DNA of 63,403 nucleotides, the filler included, from Octopus bimaculoides (taxonomy: Eukaryota): the NCBI RefSeq assembly GCF_001194135.2. It is 4 parts of 4 records of this genome, joined end to end, with 100 filler letters (N's around TTAATTAATTAA, not from the genome) between each part and the next. Parts side by side here need not be neighbours in the genome. Positions count along the whole stretch, not along the records: positions 1 to 27,857 come from NC_068986.1; positions 27,958 to 46,132 come from NC_068981.1; 2 more parts are not named here. One strand, written 5' to 3'. The notes under the pieces were generated by a model, which was not told where the DNA came from, did not search any database, and saw only the letters and a program-made list of their open reading frames with translations. A program made the position numbers and the translations under genes. This document shows, piece by piece, positions 23,968-36,430 of this stretch; within the stretch, counting starts at the first letter, position 1; each line of letters opens with the position of its first letter.

Positions 23968-26509
23968 TGACTGTTCCGGCGGTCGTAGCAGACGGTTATC
24001 GTCTGTCAATGATATAAATATGAGAGTTTACATGCACCTCGAGTCCATATGAGAGGTCCTCTCAAAGTAAATTATACAGTATTTTGTGTTCTAATAACAT
24101 CCAAGTGAAGTTCGAGATAAAAATTACATTTTATTAATTAATCGGTAGCGAGTGCTACAGATACAAAGGTAAGCTGCAGACGAGTCAACATCGTGACGCA
24201 GTTTCACATCCTATTTGAAACCACTTACGTTTAACATTCAGGTAATATTCCCTTGATACCAGTAGTTTTTCAGTAACTTGTCACGAATTTAATTTAATTC
24301 ACTGTGGAGAATACCATATCATAGGGAAAATATCTGAAGAAGGAAACTAGTGAACTTCGACTTCCGTTAGATTTCAGTTCAGCTCACTTGACTTACACCT
24401 TATGAGAACTGTATGAGTGAAACACAGTTAATTACACAATAACATTATCGCTTTGAGCCGAAGTAGGAAATTGATTTATATTTGATCAACAAGAACATTA
24501 ACTTTTCTCAAGAACGTTAATTCTTGTGGAGGTGTCCCGTGGTTATGTTTGCTATTGGCTTTAATAAAATAACAGTTTCAGTGATTCAACTAACGATTTG
24601 CTTTTGATTGCCAGGACAATTTATCTCCATTTATTTTAATTATTAACTTGACAGAGATATGAACGTCGCAATAATTTCCTTCTCGATTCTAATATCCACA
24701 ATTCTTTTCTAATTCAAATGGAAAAATTCTGAAGAAATTATCCACCAAACCCGTAAATAGTCATTTATGTCTTTTATGGAGCCAAATATAGAAACAAAAG
24801 TCGAAAGCAAGAAATGCGTACTATGAGAAATATTTAACATTTTTAGCTGAGCTCAAACTATTCATTATGGCTGTAAACACCATAACCTTACTGAGATTGA
24901 ACTCAGCTATGTAAGCTAGGAAAACACTCGTAAATTTAACAGTGCTGCTACTGTTGTTATACGAGATTGGTCAGGGACACAACGGAAAAGTAGTGACAGT
25001 ATACAAAACACTGACATATCGGATAGCTGTCCAATACTTCATAATTACAGTCATTCACGTATTTCATTGACAATGTACTTCAAACGAAACCTCTTTCTGT
25101 TGCTGAATTGGAAACGCTGGCGTCATATTTGTCTACTATTTAATCCTTTATGTCAGTGCAAACAGAATATGAGCTCATAGTTGAACCAATGCTAAAATAT
25201 TTCCAGCAACGAAAAGCTTACTAGAAACAATTATACGGAGAGACAAAATCAATATAAGCCAATGACTAATATATTTTAATCATTTCGTGCGAGAGACAAC
25301 TCCGGACATATTTCAACCGCATTAAGATCTCGTCAACAAAGTATAGACTTCTATTGAAGTAGAGATGAGAGAATTTACTAAATATATGTATGTTGGTTAG
25401 CACAGTTAAACAGATTTATCTAGAGAATGCATAACTTAGAGATTAGAAATTAAAAAGATTATGCATCAGCTTTATAAACTACCAAGCTACTTATCCATTT
25501 TGATTTATTGTAATTCAGTGTTTTGATTAGTGAATCATCTTGTTACCGGACAGAGTGTTAGATAAGTGAAGTAGATGAGATTCAATGAATACAGTGTACT
25601 ACATTTAATCATATCAATGCCATTTATATGAGCTGGAAATTGCACTGGTCCACATATGCGAATGTTTCTCTTGTAATAATACTCCAAGCTAATGAAATAA
25701 TAAAGTATTAGTCAAAGTTATAATGCTCCTACTGCTTATAATAATTACGTGTATTTCCTCAAATAATCTATATATACATCTAGGAAACTTTGGTCGTAGA
25801 TAGTTAAGTCTGCAGTACGAGCCACATAGTTTGTCTACTTACACGTAATACCACTCAAGTGGTACGGTGCTATAGTTTCACTCGCAGATATCGTAGACCA
25901 CACTAACGTTCTGCTTACTGAGAAAGCTTTCCCCGCAAACAAGCTTAATGAAATAGCTCTCAGACACACTGTTTACTGCATTTGTTCCTTCTACAATAGC
26001 TTCCTCTCTTCTAACATATGTACATATATAACCTCTCCCCCCAGTTTCACACGACTCGTTTACTCCTCTCTACGTCGAGCCATTTCTTTTGAAAAGAAGT
26101 ACTTTTGGCGAATGCTTTCTCATTAATGTCCAAAGCTGTGCATCCCACCACCACGGTTACTGTTAAAATTTAATCACTATTTTACTTATTGATTGCCTTC
26201 AGTTTTAGGTTTCATTTAGAGGTATGAGAGATGAATGCATACGTCTGTAATAATCTGTCATACCACCTGATTTTATGATTATTATTTACTCCTCGTGGAA
26301 ATATTACTTGTATGTCCTAGAATTTTGGTTACATGGACAAGTTAAACAACATCGTAATTTAATTACAATGTAGTCTGATAACCAATACATTGCAGGAGTG
26401 CTTATGGTGAGTCCTCCTTGATTCTCTAATTTCAATTCTCTAATTTGTATGTTAGCGTCTTATAAAACTAGATTTATAAATCCTAAAATTGAAGAACAAA
26501 TCGTTACTG

Positions 26510-26581
26510 GGCAGCTTAGCTTAAAAGTAAAGCACTCGACGCGTAATCACAGAGATGTGAGTTCGAGTCTCATGGCTGGCC
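26510..26581 (+). pseudogene. tRNA-Thr(CGT)-like pseudogene or orphan SINE head
   Basis: Acceptor stem, D-stem GCTT/AAGC and T-arm GTGAG-TTCGAGT-CTCAT fall in register; the anticodon stem is broken; CGT at positions 34-36. Confidence 0.45.
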
Positions 26582-26651
26582 TGTAACGAATTTTCCTACA
26601 ATATATGGATAGATTATCCTGTTCATTGAATTGTATTAGCATCATCATGCG

Positions 26652-26768
26652 TTTACTTTTTACTTGTATCAGTCATTTGAATGCGGCCGTGCTGGAGCAC
26701 CGCCTTTAGTCGAGCAAATCAACCCCAGGACTTATTCTTTGTGAGCCTAGTACTTATTCTATCCGTCT
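26652..26768 (-). mobile_element. SINE family B, 3' fragment
   Basis: Aligns with 11161-11270. Confidence 0.85.
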
Positions 26769-26912
26769 ATATATACGTATATATATGTATAATATATATA
26801 CAAAAATGTTTATATATATATATATATATATATGGTATTTTTATATAAGCTTAAAGCTTATGGCGATCACTGTGCAATGACTAAAGAAAATAGTCTAATC
26901 AAGAGGCATATA

Positions 26913-26962
<50 letters not shown>

Positions 26963-27549
26963 AGAAATACGTTTATGATTATGAACAAGTCACAATTATA
27001 ACTAAGAGGGTTAAAAAAAACCCTTACATGTGAAAAATAGCAGCCCAAACTGTTATAAAGCCATTATTTCTCATATTATTTGTCACGATAAAAACGTCTT
27101 CGGGCGACATGGCAAATAGAATTCACAACCTGAAAATAATTGGTTAATTCCCTATTACAATTTCGGCGTTAGGGACCGCTTTAGGGACCCTTTCACCTCG
27201 TCAGGGGAAATATTGTATAAATAGAAATCAAAACAAGACTTTAGCTTGGGGCTAGCATGAATCCCGAACGGCAGTAGAAATGTTTTCACCTCTATCTATA
27301 CAATCAAGTTTTGAATTGAAATGCCATGCACGGCGTTTAGGCGAAAAAACCGGCAAAATCACCAGATATGAGTTAGGAAAATATAAATAAGTAGAGCGTA
27401 ATGTAACAACATTATGAAGAATATATTATAAATAATTAAGATTATTTATGAATATATCAATGGCCAAACATGTTATCATAAAATATATAGAAATACCCTT
27501 ACATTTTAAAAATAGCAGCCAAAACCACTATAAAACCATTATATCACTC
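26963..27549 (-). mobile_element. Hammerhead-containing non-coding unit with about 50-bp terminal direct repeats (Penelope pLTR or retrozyme-like)
   Basis: CCCTTACAT..AAAAATAGCAGCC..TATAAA.CCATTAT at 27021 and 27496 (period 475); internal hammerhead; ends against (TA)n/(CA)n. Confidence 0.6.
27148..27209 (-). ncRNA. Minimal type I hammerhead ribozyme
   Basis: Stem I UUCCC/GGGAA, CUGACGA, stem II GGUG/CGCC, GAAA, self-complementary stem III AUUGUAAU, cleavage triplet AUA. Confidence 0.75.
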
Positions 27550-27555
27550 GTATTA

Positions 27556-27857
27556 TGGAGGCGCAATGGCCCAGTGGATAGGGCAGCGGACTCGCGATCA
27601 TAGGATCACGGTTTCGATTCCCAAACCGGGCGTTGTGAATGTTTATTGAGCGAAAACACCTAAAGCTCCACGAGGCTCCGGCAGGGGATGGTTGCGAACC
27701 CTGCTGTACTCTTCCACCACAACTTTCTCTCACTCTTACTTCCTGTTTCTGTTGTGCCTGCAATTCAAAGGGTCAGCCTTGTCACACTGTGTCACGCTGA
27801 ATCTCCCCGAGAACTACGTTAAGGGTACACGTGTCTGTGGAGTACTCAGCCACTTGC
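27556..27857 (+). mobile_element. tRNA-derived SINE, family C
   Basis: A-box TGGCCCAGTGGATAGG and B-box GGTTTCGATTCCC; head shared with 11039; cut by an N gap. Confidence 0.85.
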
Positions 27858-27957
27858 NNNNNNNNNNNNNNNNNNNNNNNNNNNNNNNNNNNNNNNNNNN
27901 NTTAATTAATTAANNNNNNNNNNNNNNNNNNNNNNNNNNNNNNNNNNNNNNNNNNNN

Positions 27958-28054
27958 TGTCTCTTGAGGTCTCTGGGTGAGACTTGGATCCAACTTGTAC
28001 AAATGCAAAACAAAAGTCAAACATAAAATAATAATAATATTAATAATAATAATG

Positions 28055-28117
<63 letters not shown>
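27958..28117 (+). mobile_element. Dong/R4 3' terminus with (TAA)n tail
   Basis: Near-identical to 15280-15369; GTCTC-TGGGT-GAGAC hairpin near the end. Confidence 0.85.
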
Positions 28118-28119
28118 TA

Positions 28120-28644
28120 GCTAGGATAGAGTATCAAAAAGGTTGGATAGACTATAAAAAAGCTAGGAGAGAATATACAAATGCTTGGATAGACTATAAG
28201 AAGGCTTGGATAGACTATACAAAAGATGCATAGACTATAAAAAAACTTGGATAGACTATGAAAAAGCTGGATAGACTATAAAAAAGCTTGGATAGACTAT
28301 GAAAAAGACAGGGTAGACTATAAAAAAGCTTGGATAGACTATGAAAAAAACTGGATAGACTATAAAAAAGCTTGGATAGACAATAAAAAGCTTGGATATA
28401 CTATAACAAAGCTTGCACAGACTATAACAAAGCTTGGATAGACTATAAAGAAAAGCTTGGACAGACTATAAAAAAAGCTTGGATAGACAATAAAAGAGCT
28501 TGGACAGACTATAAAAAGGCTTGGATAGACTATAAAAATGTTTGGATAGATTATAAAAATGCTTGGATAGACTATAAAAATGATTGGATAGACTATAAAA
28601 AAGCTGGATAGACTATAAAAAAAGCATGGATTAACTATGAAAAA
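28120..28644 (+). repeat. 21-bp minisatellite (25 units, consensus GCTTGGATAGACTATAAAAAA) derived from the RT segment at 28685-28705
   Basis: Units counted by hand (20-23 nt each); the consensus is a circular permutation of 28685-28705. Confidence 0.95.
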
Positions 28645-28647
28645 GCT

Positions 28648-30021
28648 GATTGTCACAAACGACACAAAAACTTGTCAATAGCCTGGATAGACTATAAAAA
28701 AGCTTTTGAGAGCCTACCAAATAGCTGGATTAAGGAATGTCTGGAAATGTATAAAATAGCTACTACTCTGCGAAACGTTTTGTCTGTAAGTATGAGATCA
28801 TAGAGGACCCAACTGACTTTGAACAGTGGTAATGAATCTCTAAATACTGGAGATGTAAGAATTTCATGTGGCATTTTCCAAGGTGACTTACTCTCACCAC
28901 TCCTCTTTTGTCTAGCCTTAATACCTCTCTCGAAATTGTTCAATGATGTACAGTATGGTTATAAAATGCTTGATAAAAATATAAACCATCTCATTTACAT
29001 AGATGATTTAAAGCTCTTTGCAAAAAATGACCAACAACTCAAGGGCCTATTAGCGATTGTTAAACAATTCAGTGATGACACCAGGATGCAATTTGGTATT
29101 GATAAATGTGCAAAAGCTACCTTTATCAAAGGAAAAATGACAGAAACATCTAACGTTAACCTTGACCAGCAGAATGATATAAAAGAGCTAGAACCAGCGG
29201 AGAGCTACAAATACCTAGGGATAATTGAAAGGGACGGAATCAAATATTCAGTGACTAGGGAAAGGATCAGAAGGGAATGTTATCACAGGGGGAGAGCAAT
29301 ACTCAAGACAGAGTTGAGTGCCAGAAACAGGATCGAAGCGATCAATGCTTTAGCTATACCAGTTGTGACTTACAGTTTCAATATCATTAACTGGTCAATT
29401 ACTGAAATATGTAATCTTGACAGAAAAATACGAAAACTATTGACAATGCATAGAATGCACCACCCTAAGGCATATATAGAACGAATTTATTTGCCAAGAA
29501 GAGAGAGAGACCGTGGACTTTTACAACTGAAATTAACAATGAAGATTGCCACAATTGGCCTAGACACCTACATGAAAAACTCTGAGGAGTGGATTTTAAA
29601 CCTTGTCTCAAAACATGAAAAACATGAAAGCATCATACTCAGTAACATAACAGGCAAAGGAATACATAACTGAATTCCAAATACAACAAATACCAAAATT
29701 AGACGTACGAGAAACAAGCACAGAAAAAGCTAAGCGTATGAAAACCCGTGCTAAAACTTCTGCCTTAGATACTTACTGATAAATGGCAAGAAGAGCCTCT
29801 CAATGACTAATGCCCAAAGAGAGCGAATAATACCGATGTTGACAAAGCTCTTACCCATCAATGGTTAATGGCTTCTGGCTTAAAATCAGAAACAGAAGGG
29901 TTTATCATAGCAGCACAAGATCAATGCCGAACTAAAAGGAACTACCAGGCCAACATATTAATGAACGGCAGCTTCCCAACATGTCGTCTATGTCAACAAC
30001 AAAATAAAACCATTGATCATT
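28648..30021 (+). mobile_element. Dong/R4-clade retrotransposon fragment: RT, thumb and start of CCHC finger (pseudogene)
   Basis: AWIDYKKAFES, GIFQGDLLSPLLF, INHLIYIDDLKL, YKYLG, YLPRRERDRGL, KSETEGFIIAAQDQ, CRLCQQQNKTIDH; contains stops and frameshifts. Confidence 0.95.
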
Positions 30022-30052
30022 AAATGATAATAACAATAATAATAACAATAAC

Positions 30053-30128
<76 letters not shown>

Positions 30129-30139
30129 TTAATAATAAT

Positions 30140-30214
<75 letters not shown>

Positions 30215-30262
30215 AGTTATTATTATTATTATTATTATTATTATCATCATTATTATTATTAT
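30022..30262. repeat. (TAA)n followed by (TAT)n microsatellite
   Basis: Directly visible; the TAT part is the tail of the adjacent minus-strand SINE. Confidence 0.95.
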
Positions 30263-30400
30263 TTCTACTATAAGCACAAGGCCTGTAATTTTGGTGGAGC
30301 AGGGAGGTCAATTACATCGCCCCCAGTTCTTGACTGGTACTTATTTCATCGAGCCTGAAAGGATGGAAAGCAAAGTCGACCTTGGCGGAATTTGAACTCA
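30262..30400 (-). mobile_element. SINE family A, 5'-truncated
   Basis: GCAAAGTCGACCTTGGCGGAATTTGAACTCA and GGCACAAGGCCTG-like tail. Confidence 0.85.
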
Positions 30401-31054
30401 TATGAGATAATGTTGGAAAAAACGAGATGAAATTTGGAATGTTTCCCATCATGGATATGACAAGCAGCAAGCTTCATCTGGATGCAATAAGTCAATATGC
30501 AACAGACAGCAGACCCACACTATCCTCCAGTATACACCATACTGTTAAGAGTACAACATCAGAAAGCATATTGAGTTCTGTGCCCGATGGTATGTCGCCG
30601 CTGAAGTTTTTAACATGGTAAAGATGTCACTATATATAGATTAATATAACATAATATGATATAATATATTACACAAGGTAAAGTCTAACTAAAAAGTTTG
30701 TGATCAACGATGGACTTACCAGAATTTATACACGACCAAATAATTGCGAATTTATTCGCACGAAACCATTTGTAAAATATTAATACTAGATACTACCAAA
30801 ACAAAATAAAATTGTGTGAATCTGTGTGTGCGTAGGTTTGGGCTTTTGTGCATGCATTTTTCAGACGAGTGTATATTAATAGACATTTAATATGTGCCGT
30901 GAATATACAAATATATAGAAAATTCTGTTCTTGTCTTCATGTACCTTCCTAGTATTCATATATACTCATATCCACATACATTTATAGTGATACAGACACC
31001 TTTACAAATTCTTATGTACACACATTTTATGTGTTTATGTGTGTGTGTGTATTC

Positions 31055-31106
<52 letters not shown>

Positions 31107-32178
31107 GTGTGTATATATACATATATATACCCAGGAGAGTGAATATGTACGCTTGTATTTTTATATGCTTACATATATTACTCTGAAGAAAATGAAGGAC
31201 ATCTCAGCAGGAAGCACGCTCTTCCGTTCGGACCAGTAGTCCCAATGAATTTTGCTATGTCGAACTGGAAGCACGCACGTAGAAAGTAGGAAGGCTATAA
31301 TCTTACCTCCTATCGTTATGGTGTCATTCATCAGACGAAGCGGAGAGCACAACGCATATAACATTATTATTTTCTTGCTTCATCAGAAGTCTTGCAATGT
31401 TTTATACGATATCTCCATGCCAGTCTCATAAACAGACTTGTGTACACGCGTCCGTGTTCGCATGTACGACATTAGCGCACGCACGCACACATACTCACAC
31501 ACACACACACACTCGCACGCACACACACACACATTGTATAATATATTATATACATTTATATATAATATAGCTTGTCTTACCTACACGCATGCATANNNNN
31601 NNNNNNNNNNNNNNNNNNNNNNNNNNNNNNNNNNNNNNNNNNNNNNNNNNNNNNNNNNNNNNNNNNNNNNNNNNNNNNNNNNNNNNNNNNNNNNNNNNNN
31701 NNNNNNNNNNNNNNNNNNNNNNNNNNNNNNNNNNNNNNNNNNNNNNNNNNNNNNNNATCTATATATATATATACACACATATGCACATACATATGTACAC
31801 ATGCATATACAGGTGCATAATTATATTCAATATAGAAACTAAATTTGATAAAATTGGTAATAAAAACAATATTTTGTCAAGGGAAAGTTTTTCCTGATAA
31901 CTACGTGTAGGTTGATCGAATTAGAAATATTCTTTTTCAGTGTAGTGCACTGATCCTAATATATGATATATTTAAACAAGAGGCCACTTTACATTTTTTC
32001 AGGATCGTATTGTTAAATGTCCTGACACGCTAGCACCATCCTGAAATATGTATACATTTCATAGTACTCATAACTCTATACATGTATGTGTGTGTATGTG
32101 TGTGTTCGTGTATGTATACACATATAATTATATATATATACATATATATATATTTACATCTATAATTTTATACATGCC

Positions 32179-32238
<60 letters not shown>

Positions 32239-32241
32239 TAT

Positions 32242-32276
<35 letters not shown>

Positions 32277-32877
32277 GTGTATATATATATACATGCACAC
32301 ACACATATACGCACGCACACACATAATACACATACGCACACGTATACGCACGCACATATATTTCTTAGAAATACATTTCCTGAAATCATTTTACTTAGTT
32401 ATAATTAACGAAAAGATGTAGCATGTTTAATGTGTTTAACTTAAAATATTCATAAACGCTTCGAATTATCGAAGCGTAAAAAATAAAACAAGTAACACGC
32501 GAATGCAACATGCCTTCATGTCATACGAGTATCTATTTGTATGATGTTTTTCTTTGCAACTGCTTCTTCGTTATATATGTAAAATACGCAGAGGCAAAGA
32601 TTGTGATTATTGTTAATAAAGATTTTGTTAATGATTAAAATTTTTTATTTCTTTCTACTGAGAAAGTCTCAAATTTTCTGAGTACAGCTAATGTATTCGG
32701 TTCGAATCGAACTTAATTGCTCTTAGAAATTTCTGATTAAGTGCTGAGGGTAGTGTCTACTAAAAAGCATCAATTCTGACTTATTTCTTTTTTTAATTTG
32801 GCAACTACAATATTGTAAAGGTGAAATATCACACCTACAGGAGCCAGTAAGTCAATGGGCTTCTATTTAGTGTGTAT

Positions 32878-33260
32878 CTTTTATCTTTTATGTTTTACTT
32901 GTTACTATGATTTGATTGCGGCTAAGATGGGATACCGCTTTGTAGGGTTTTAGTCGCACAAATTGACCCTGAGTTTTATTTTTAAAACTTAGTACTTATC
33001 TATATCTTTGCCAAACCGCTAGGTTACAGGGACATAAACACACCGACACCAGTTGTCAAGTGGTAGGATGAGAGGACAAATACAGACACAGAGATACGAC
33101 GGGCTTACTTCAGTTTCCGTTTACCAAATCTACTCACAACATTGTGATCAGCTCGAGGCTAAATTGGAAGACACTTGACCAAGGTGGCACGCAGTGAGAC
33201 TGAACACGGAACCATGTGGTTAGGAAGCAAAATTTTTTACCACGCAGCTACACCTGTGTG
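32878..33260 (-). mobile_element. SINE family B, diverged full-length copy
   Basis: Colinear with 11161-11567; the internal microsatellite is almost absent. Confidence 0.8.
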
Positions 33261-33654
33261 TTTATAATTGTTAAAATTATATAATTTAGAATTACAGATT
33301 ATTTACATAGTGTGTTGGTGATGTCTTTTGGAATTTCTGAATGCATAAATACATGGTGGAAATATATTTTTGGAGGTTTCATCTGAAGGCCTATGTAGCT
33401 TTTGTTTCCCTACAATCTCTAAGAGTAAATCAAAATATGGGACCTATGAAAAATTATGACATCACCCCTTCCTTCCATATTCATCTATCACCCCTTCCTT
33501 TCTCATTCATAAACAAAAGAGTATTATTACAGTAGATTATCTCGATAAACATGGGAGCTATGAAAATAATACAAAGCCCAGCATCACCACCGGATCATTC
33601 TACACACCTGTGTAATTTTTCGTGCAATTCCACCCAAGACAAGAAAGAATCGTC

Positions 33655-33872
33655 CATGTCAAATTTATTATCTATAGATGATGGACTCTCCTGTCGAAGA
33701 CGACGTGCGCGTGTTCAGATTCTGCTGAACGACCTACACAAATGATTTGCTTCTAGTGATCACAGAGCTACGTGAAATAAAGTGCTTTGCTCAAGAACAC
33801 AACTCACCACCCGGTCTAAGACCTGAAACTACAATCTCGCGACCATGAGTGCAACACCCATACCACAAAGCC

Positions 33873-33875
<3 letters not shown>
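33655..33875 (-). mobile_element. SINE family G, internally deleted
   Basis: Head GTGTTGCACTCATGGTCGCGAGATTGTAGTTTC and GTTCTTGAGCAAAGCACTTTATTTCACG match 19222-19490. Confidence 0.75.
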
Positions 33876-33948
<73 letters not shown>

Positions 33949-33958
33949 NNNNNNNNNN

Positions 33959-34035
<77 letters not shown>

Positions 34036-34745
34036 GTTACATGTAGGGTGCATTTGTCAAAGTATATAATCCCGAAATTAATCACACAAAATTTATGAAT
34101 AAATCTCGAGATTTGTAAACAGCTATATATATATTTACATGCATAAAAGTGTATGCATGTATGTATGTATGTATGTATTCATAGGTGTATACATATCAAA
34201 CTGAAGTGATTCAGACACTCGTACATACACACGCGCGCGCACACACGCACACACATAAACACAGACTGACGGACATACTTACATACATATATATATATTC
34301 GTGGTGCGTGTCCTTATATCCACAGACCCAGCCATGCAAATACTTGCATGTGGATCAGAATTCATTTAAAATTATCAGTGAGCTAGCATTAAATGAGGAT
34401 GAATATATACATAGACGCATAAACATACATATATATACACGCGAACACGCATGTATATTGAAGAAGACAAGTACGTATGCAAATTATCATGCCACCTAGG
34501 GTATCGGCTTTATAATCTTCTATCGCACTCAGATCGCTGCTTAAGCGAGATCATGTCGAAAATGAATTCATCGATCAAGATGTAGATTTCCTTCAGACTG
34601 ACGCCAAAATTGACTGTGCTCGACGAAGTGGAATTTTACCGTCTGGATTTCTTTACAGGCATCTCTTCGTCTATCTTTGTTTTCCTGTGTGTATGAATAT
34701 TCGTAGCTTTGTGTGTGTGCGTATGTGTATATATATATATATATA

Positions 34746-34783
<38 letters not shown>

Positions 34784-35127
34784 ATATACTTGTATGCATA
34801 CAAGACATATACTTGTACGTGCGAGATATATACTTGTATGCATACGTGCATATATATCTATGCACACACACACGCAAATCACACATACACATGTATATGC
34901 AGAGTATACATTTGTGTGTGACTTTGTATGTGTGTGAGAGTGTACTTATGTGTATTTATGTATATATGTGTGTATGTGTGTGCGTGTGTGTGTGTGTGGC
35001 GTGTGTATTTCTATGTACTATCAATTTTTTTCAATAATATTAAATGAAGATATATTCTCTACCGACAGATACATCGAATAAAAGTTAGGTGAAAGAAAAT
35101 ACTGTAATTATTATTTAAAAACTGCGG

Positions 35128-35340
35128 CTCCCTCGGGCAATTGTTAGCATGCCAGGCAAAATGCTTTTCGGCATTTCGTCAGTCTTCACATTCTGAGTTC
35201 AAATTATACCGAGGTTGACTTTACTTTTCAACATTTCGTGGTACATATAAGTACCAATTGAGAACTGGGGTTGATGTAATCGACTCATCTCCTCCCCCAA
35301 CACTGCTGCCCTTGTGGAAAAATTTGAAACCATTATTATT
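35128..35340 (+). mobile_element. SINE family A
   Basis: TTCTGAGTTCAAATT..GAGGTTGACTTT..ACTGGGGTTGATGTAATCGAC. Confidence 0.8.
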
Positions 35341-35351
35341 TTTGTTTATCA

Positions 35352-35416
<65 letters not shown>

Positions 35417-35868
35417 CGTTTGACTTTTGTTTTGTATTTGTACACGTTGGCTCCGGGTTTCACCCAGAGACCTTATGAGACAACAAGTTAGAAGTTCATG
35501 CTGGTGTTATGCTTACGGTGTCATATATTTGGTTTTGTACATAGTATTGTTCTAGAGAATGCTTAAGAAACCATAAGAAAATTATGAGTTAGTTTTTAAA
35601 TTTGAGATAACATAGACAGTATTTTACGTATGATATGGGCAGTTCCTATGAGCACTACCTTTTGAATTTCTGCCATTTTAGGGGTTCCTGGTATCTGAAC
35701 TAGGTAGCAATTAGCCCTATTTGCCATCATTCCTAGGGAACCTATGACAACAGGTAGTGTTTTAGACTTCAGGTTCCACATTTTGCCAATTTCTATTTCA
35801 AGATTTTTGTACTTACTCAGCTTTTGGTAGGTCTTGACAGATACATTCATATCGATATGAGAAAGTAA
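35352..35868 (-). mobile_element. Dong/R4 3' end: RLE C-terminus, 3'UTR and (TAA)n tail
   Basis: KLSKYKNLEIEIGKMWNLKSKTLPVVIGSLG..IQKVVLIGTAHIIRKIL; 3'UTR matches 15191-15350. Confidence 0.9.
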
Positions 35869-35879
35869 CCATCCTGAAA

Positions 35880-36430
35880 CGCATACTTTCCACCTTTCCG
35901 GGAAACCTCAAGAACTCCGACGAAGTCATAAAAAGACTGCACCAATTAACACTAGACTAACTCAGGCAAAACAGATATGCCTTTAGTGTTGACGTTGTCT
36001 TAATATACACAATGGTGCCAGCACACTCGGCGGTCAACCTATTGACTGACTGCATAATAACGTCCAACATCCAATGCTTCGAACTTACCGCAGCTGATAT
36101 ACATAAACTTTTGTCCATCATCGTGGACAACACCTACTTCTCTTTCCAGGACCATATATACAAACAGACAACAGGTCTCTTCATGGGATCCAGTCTCTCA
36201 GGCCTACTAGCCATCATTTATATGAACCATCTGGAACGTCGAGCACTCAACATCTGCGGCTCATGCACCTTCTTCACCAGGTACGTAGGTGACATCCTCC
36301 CGTGGAGAGGCTGACAAGAATATTCACGACGTTCATGGACATGAACATAAAGTTCACTATAGAAGATCCCGACATCACTGGATCACTATCATTACTTGAC
36401 TTCAAACTGAATATAACGGAAGAAGGGGAT
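35880..36430 (+). mobile_element. Penelope-like element RT fragment
   Basis: SVDVV-YTMVP, NTYFSFQDHIYKQTTGLFMGSSLSGLLAIIYM, RYVGDI (decayed YVDD), IKFTIE, LSLLDFKL. Confidence 0.85.

Noticed and set aside
18400-24250. Possible mariner-like terminal remnants at 18400-18640 and 24050-24250
   Set aside because: Only vague resemblance from memory; no paired TIRs or transposase motifs found.
27169-27190. Two TTAGGG hexamers in the hammerhead loop as a telomere-targeting signal
   Set aside because: Only two non-adjacent copies, explained by a 9-bp local duplication.
28120-28644. The 21-bp array as a CRISPR array or a coding repeat gene (including minus ORF 28360-28665, FFIVYPS repeats)
   Set aside because: There are no spacers or cas genes and the context is eukaryotic. 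Units of 20, 22 and 23 nt break the plus frame, and the minus ORF is the antisense of the repeat.
23459-30621. Candidate exons at 23459-23516 and 30427-30621, each followed by a GT donor-like motif
   Set aside because: Poor acceptors, in-frame stops nearby and unrecognisable peptides.
34516-34690. Open frame SLLKRDHVENEFIDQDVDFLQTDAKIDCARRSG as a host exon
   Set aside because: Weak splice signals, no recognisable homology and no partner exons; RNA-seq would be needed.
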